The notes beneath the pieces were generated by a model that saw nothing but the letters and a program-made list of their open reading frames with translations, was not told the DNA's origin and did no database searches. A stretch of 64,000 nucleotides of DNA. Source: Spirogloea muscicola (taxonomy: Eukaryota). Of this stretch, positions 60,801-64,000 are shown piece by piece; the stretch's first letter is position 1; the number at the start of each line of letters is the position of its first letter. The position numbers and the translations under genes were made by a program. The DNA is taken from positions 497,427 through 561,426 of the forward strand of contig WELB01000016.1 in the NCBI GenBank assembly GCA_009602725.1. The letters are read 5' to 3'.

Positions 60801-62295
60801 GATTGACGACCTCGTCACCAAGGACCTGCGCGAGCCCTACCGCATGTTGACAAGGCAAGATGCTGCGACGTGCGTCAAGATGCTGATAAACAGACTCAAG
60901 CTTGGTGGAACAGGACATCCGTAACACTGGCCTCGGAGTCATGGTTGTTGCAGCTGAGCTTCAAAAGGCAGTTTGAGTGCCGACCTCTTCTAACACTGTG
61001 TTCCGTTGCGCAGTCGCTCTGAATACAGGCTGCTGCTACGATCAGACAATGCAGACAGCCGACTCATGCCAGTTGGCCGGGATCTGGGGCTGGTCGATGA
61101 CCGCCGGTGGGCTCTCTACCAGAGCAAGCAGGAGCGCATCGCAGCGGAGAAGGTCCGCATACAGAAGGTTCGAATTGGAGGTCAGTGCACTTTGCTACTC
61201 GGTTGACCCTTAGTGCTTGCCCATTAGCTGGCACAATGTTAGCCTGCGCTGCGTCTCTGCTTCTAGAGCAAGGCGAAAGTCCAAGTGCTTGGGTCTGGAC
61301 CTGGCCAAATGCACAGATGTCGCTCACTCACACGCAAGTGCGTGGGCACTCCTTCATGATAGAATATGTGACTAGGGGGAATAACACATGAGGACCCTTT
61401 GTGAACAGCTGACAGGCTTGCTTGTCATCTTCCGATGCATGCTGATGCCAAACACCCATGTTGCCCCCTCTTATCTGATGCTTCTGCGGCGGCCCCAGTG
61501 AGCGACCCAATCGCAGCGGAGGTCGAGGAGTTGTGCGGCCAGCCATTGAAGGCGGGTGTGAGCTTGGACAGCATCCTGCGGCGGCCGCACGTCCATTATG
61601 AGCTCCTGGAGCGGCACGGTCTTGCGGACCCTGCGGTCTCGCAGGTTGAACAGGAGTGCGTTGAGATTGACGTGAAGTACGAGGGCTTTATACTGCGTCA
61701 GCAGCAGCAGCTCGAGCAGGTGGGCATTCTTCATTGTCTTTGCTTGACCCGTGTGACTTCTCAGAAGCAGAAGTCATCCACAAGCGTGATATGCCCTGGA
61801 GACGCATTTTCCTGACCTTTAGAGTGCAAGCTTCCAGTGACAAGAGGGAGACTCTGTATCCATGCAGATGGCGGCAAAGGAGCATCGGCCAATCCCCGCT
61901 GGCATCGATTACAGCAGTATTGCCACGATCTCCATGGAGGCCAGGGAGAAGCTCAACAAGGTGCTGAGCTCGCCATCGCCTTCTTCCCTCATTGTTAAGC
62001 TGCTTGCGCTGCTCTTGACCAACTTCTGGACTCAGCATTCAGCTGTATATCCGCGCTTCAATATGTAAACTATGTGCTGCTGCTGCTGCACGACGTCTAT
62101 TGACTGGCTGCGCAAGTGCCCCTCCCGCAGATCAAGCCCACATGCATCGGCCAGGCGCAGCGCGTGGGTGGTGTGAATCCAGCGGACGTGACGGCTCTCC
62201 TCATCCACCTGGAGGTCCTCCAGCGTCAGAGGCAGAGCGGCGCGGACAAGAGGTTGCAGGTGGCCAGTGATTTGGTGGCGGTGGCTGAGAGCTAG
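57844..62295 (+). CDS. mnmG: tRNA uridine-5-carboxymethylaminomethyl modification enzyme MnmG/GidA, organellar; start lies in the gap
   Basis: [128 protein letters not shown]; ends [15 protein letters not shown]. Confidence 0.95.
58001..58073 (+). promoter_or_regulatory. Telo-box-like (AAACCCT) cluster in the first visible intron of mnmG
   Basis: accctaaaccctac, cctaaaccct and ctaaaccct, plus tagggttag at ~57582 upstream. Telo-boxes are typical of plant translation-related genes. Confidence 0.4.
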
Positions 62296-62587
62296 TCCAC
62301 CTTTGGCTGATGCATCTGCCGTGATGTTGTTGTTGGTGGTGTACTTCCTGCTCAAGGCGGTAAACCTCACACAAAGATGTAGAGCCTCTCATTCACTACG
62401 GGCCTGACAGGAGCGGAGCATCGGCCCTGCTTGCTCGCAATCAAGCACCTCGGCTGGTCCACCTTATATCAACTGAACGTCAAAGGCAAAACAGTGCACT
62501 CCAGCAATCTGCTCATTGTGCCAGCAAACATGTTAAAAAATAACACACACTTCAGTACTGGAGCCAGCATACCTTGCTGCTGGAGGC

Positions 62588-63010
62588 AGAATGCGGCTGC
62601 TGATATCCAAAAGAGCGGCTGTAGAAGCCGGCCAGGTGCATACAGAGGGTGTTCATGACCATATTAGCGAACCCACAGGCTATGCAGACAGGGCGCTCGT
62701 AGTACCCCCGTGTCAGTAGTAGGACTTCAGATGAGCTGAGGGGAGCTGCTGCAAGGGCGCGACCGGCTCGGCGGTCAAAGCAAGCCCTTGGAACCGCTGG
62801 AGGGACATAGATAGAGGCATGCGGTAGCAGGACACAAGACGCAAAGGCACCGGGCCTCCAGGAAGTGCTGCACCCCCTTCCCGGCCCCGCTGGTCAGCTT
62901 GAGATGCCAGCAGCGAAAGTAACGAGGACCACCGGATCCCCGTGACACATGCGGAGTCTTTGGCCAGGGGGTAAAAGGCATCGCCAGCCAGGTGGTCCTT
63001 GTACAAATGT
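62588..63010 (-). mobile_element. 5'-truncated copy of the same CRE-like subfamily as 52550-55185
   Basis: The reverse complement reads YKDHLAGDAFYPLA..RWSSLLSLLASQADQR..LPGGPVPLRLVSCYRM, and its 3' UTR closely parallels 54750-55182. Confidence 0.88.
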
Positions 63011-63618
63011 AACTGGAGAGGGAGGACCAGAGCAAGTGCAAGGCCAAAGCGAGTGCAAGCCTCCTGGTCGAGAGCCACATTTTCTCCTTACAATGCAGCA
63101 GTCTTCTGAGAGTCAATATTGGGGTGCACGGCAGCAAGTACTGCACGATCCGTAGACCTGGGCCGCTCAAGCAGTCAGACCATTATGGCCACCAGAGTAG
63201 CACAGCCTTACAGCCTCTCAGCCCTGTGAGGACAACCGTTGCGCAGCTAACAAGGTGGTGGAAACTTAGAGGTGCAGGGGTGAAGACCGACCAGACAGTC
63301 ATCTGCAATGCAACGGCGACTGAGACGCAACTGATGAGTATGGAAGCAGAGGGTCTTGTAATATTTTGAAACAGTATATGTCGCTCAACAATGGCGAGAT
63401 AACAGTCCCCAAATCCGCTCGGGACGTGCCAGCAGCGGTATGGCAGCGGCAAAAATCAGCCGAGCGGCTCGCGTCGTGACGCGGGTGGGGTCTCGTCTCC
63501 AGATCTATAGCCTGCAGACTACAGCTTGCGCTACTTGCAGGATCTCTCGCACCAGAGGCTCGAGCGGCGCGCCCGCTCGGCCTTGGCAATGGAATGGGCT
63601 GGCGACCGGCCGGCAGGC

Positions 63619-64000
63619 CTAGGCCAGGTTGACGTGGACAGTGGCCTCCTTCTCGACGCCGCACAAGGGGCAGGCATCGGTGCTGGCCTCGCACTCCTTG
63701 CAGACGCACAGATGCCGGCAGGGCAGCAGCAGCACGCTCGCCTCCGCCACCGCCGGGCCCCGGCAGACGCGGCAGCCGCGCTGCGGCGCCGGCGCCGAGG
63801 CCAAGTGACCCAGTCGCAGATGCTGATGGCTCACGGCAGCGCCGCCAGACTCGCCCTGGCGGCGAGCGGCCACGCCCGCAGCGGCATGTTGGTGGTGATG
63901 GTGGTGGTGGTGGTGGTAGAAGTCTGCGGCGGCGGTGTCGGCAGCGGCGTTGGCAGCGTCGGCCGCGTCATGGTCGTGCGCTGAGGCGGCATCGTCGATG
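63619..64000 (-). CDS. BOI/SBP-type RING E3 ubiquitin ligase, C-terminal part; runs off the window end
   Basis: A DDAAS motif lies near the window edge. C-terminal RING: CRVCR..ASVLLLPCRHLCVCKECEASTDACPLCGVEKEATVHVNLA*. Confidence 0.85.
   Translation of the reverse strand, partial: IDDAASAHDHDAADAANAAADTAAADFYHHHHHHHHQHAAAGVAARRQGESGGAAVSHQHLRLGHLASAPAPQRGCRVCRGPAVAEASVLLLPCRHLCVCKECEASTDACPLCGVEKEATVHVNLA

Overview
Eukaryotic, intron-rich, GC-rich nuclear DNA from a plastid-bearing green-lineage organism. The gene set and intron style suggest a streptophyte alga; this is an inference. The window holds about 13 spliced protein genes: a pGlcT-like hexose transporter, a secreted papain-EGF-LysM-Kazal-like protease, a fused Nup98-Nup96, a DUF309 protein, a GIY-YIG-like plastid protein, TadA, MED6, FKBP13, an alpha/beta hydrolase, an AAE15-like acyl-activating enzyme, VPS2, MnmG/GidA and a BOI-type RING ligase. 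It also holds one tRNA-Lys(UUU) gene. Intergenic space is dominated by a CRE-like non-LTR retrotransposon family: one long RT + REL-endonuclease ORF and more than a dozen short, nested 3' fragments that share a conserved terminal hairpin. The most notable items are the multidomain LysM protease, the retroelement 3' hairpin and nesting pattern, the unsplit Nup98-96 and frequent GC-AG introns. N gaps, single-N joins and adjacent poly-T runs fall at GCC-rich gene starts and are treated as assembly artefacts. Exon boundaries were read by eye and family assignments come from recalled motifs, not database searches.
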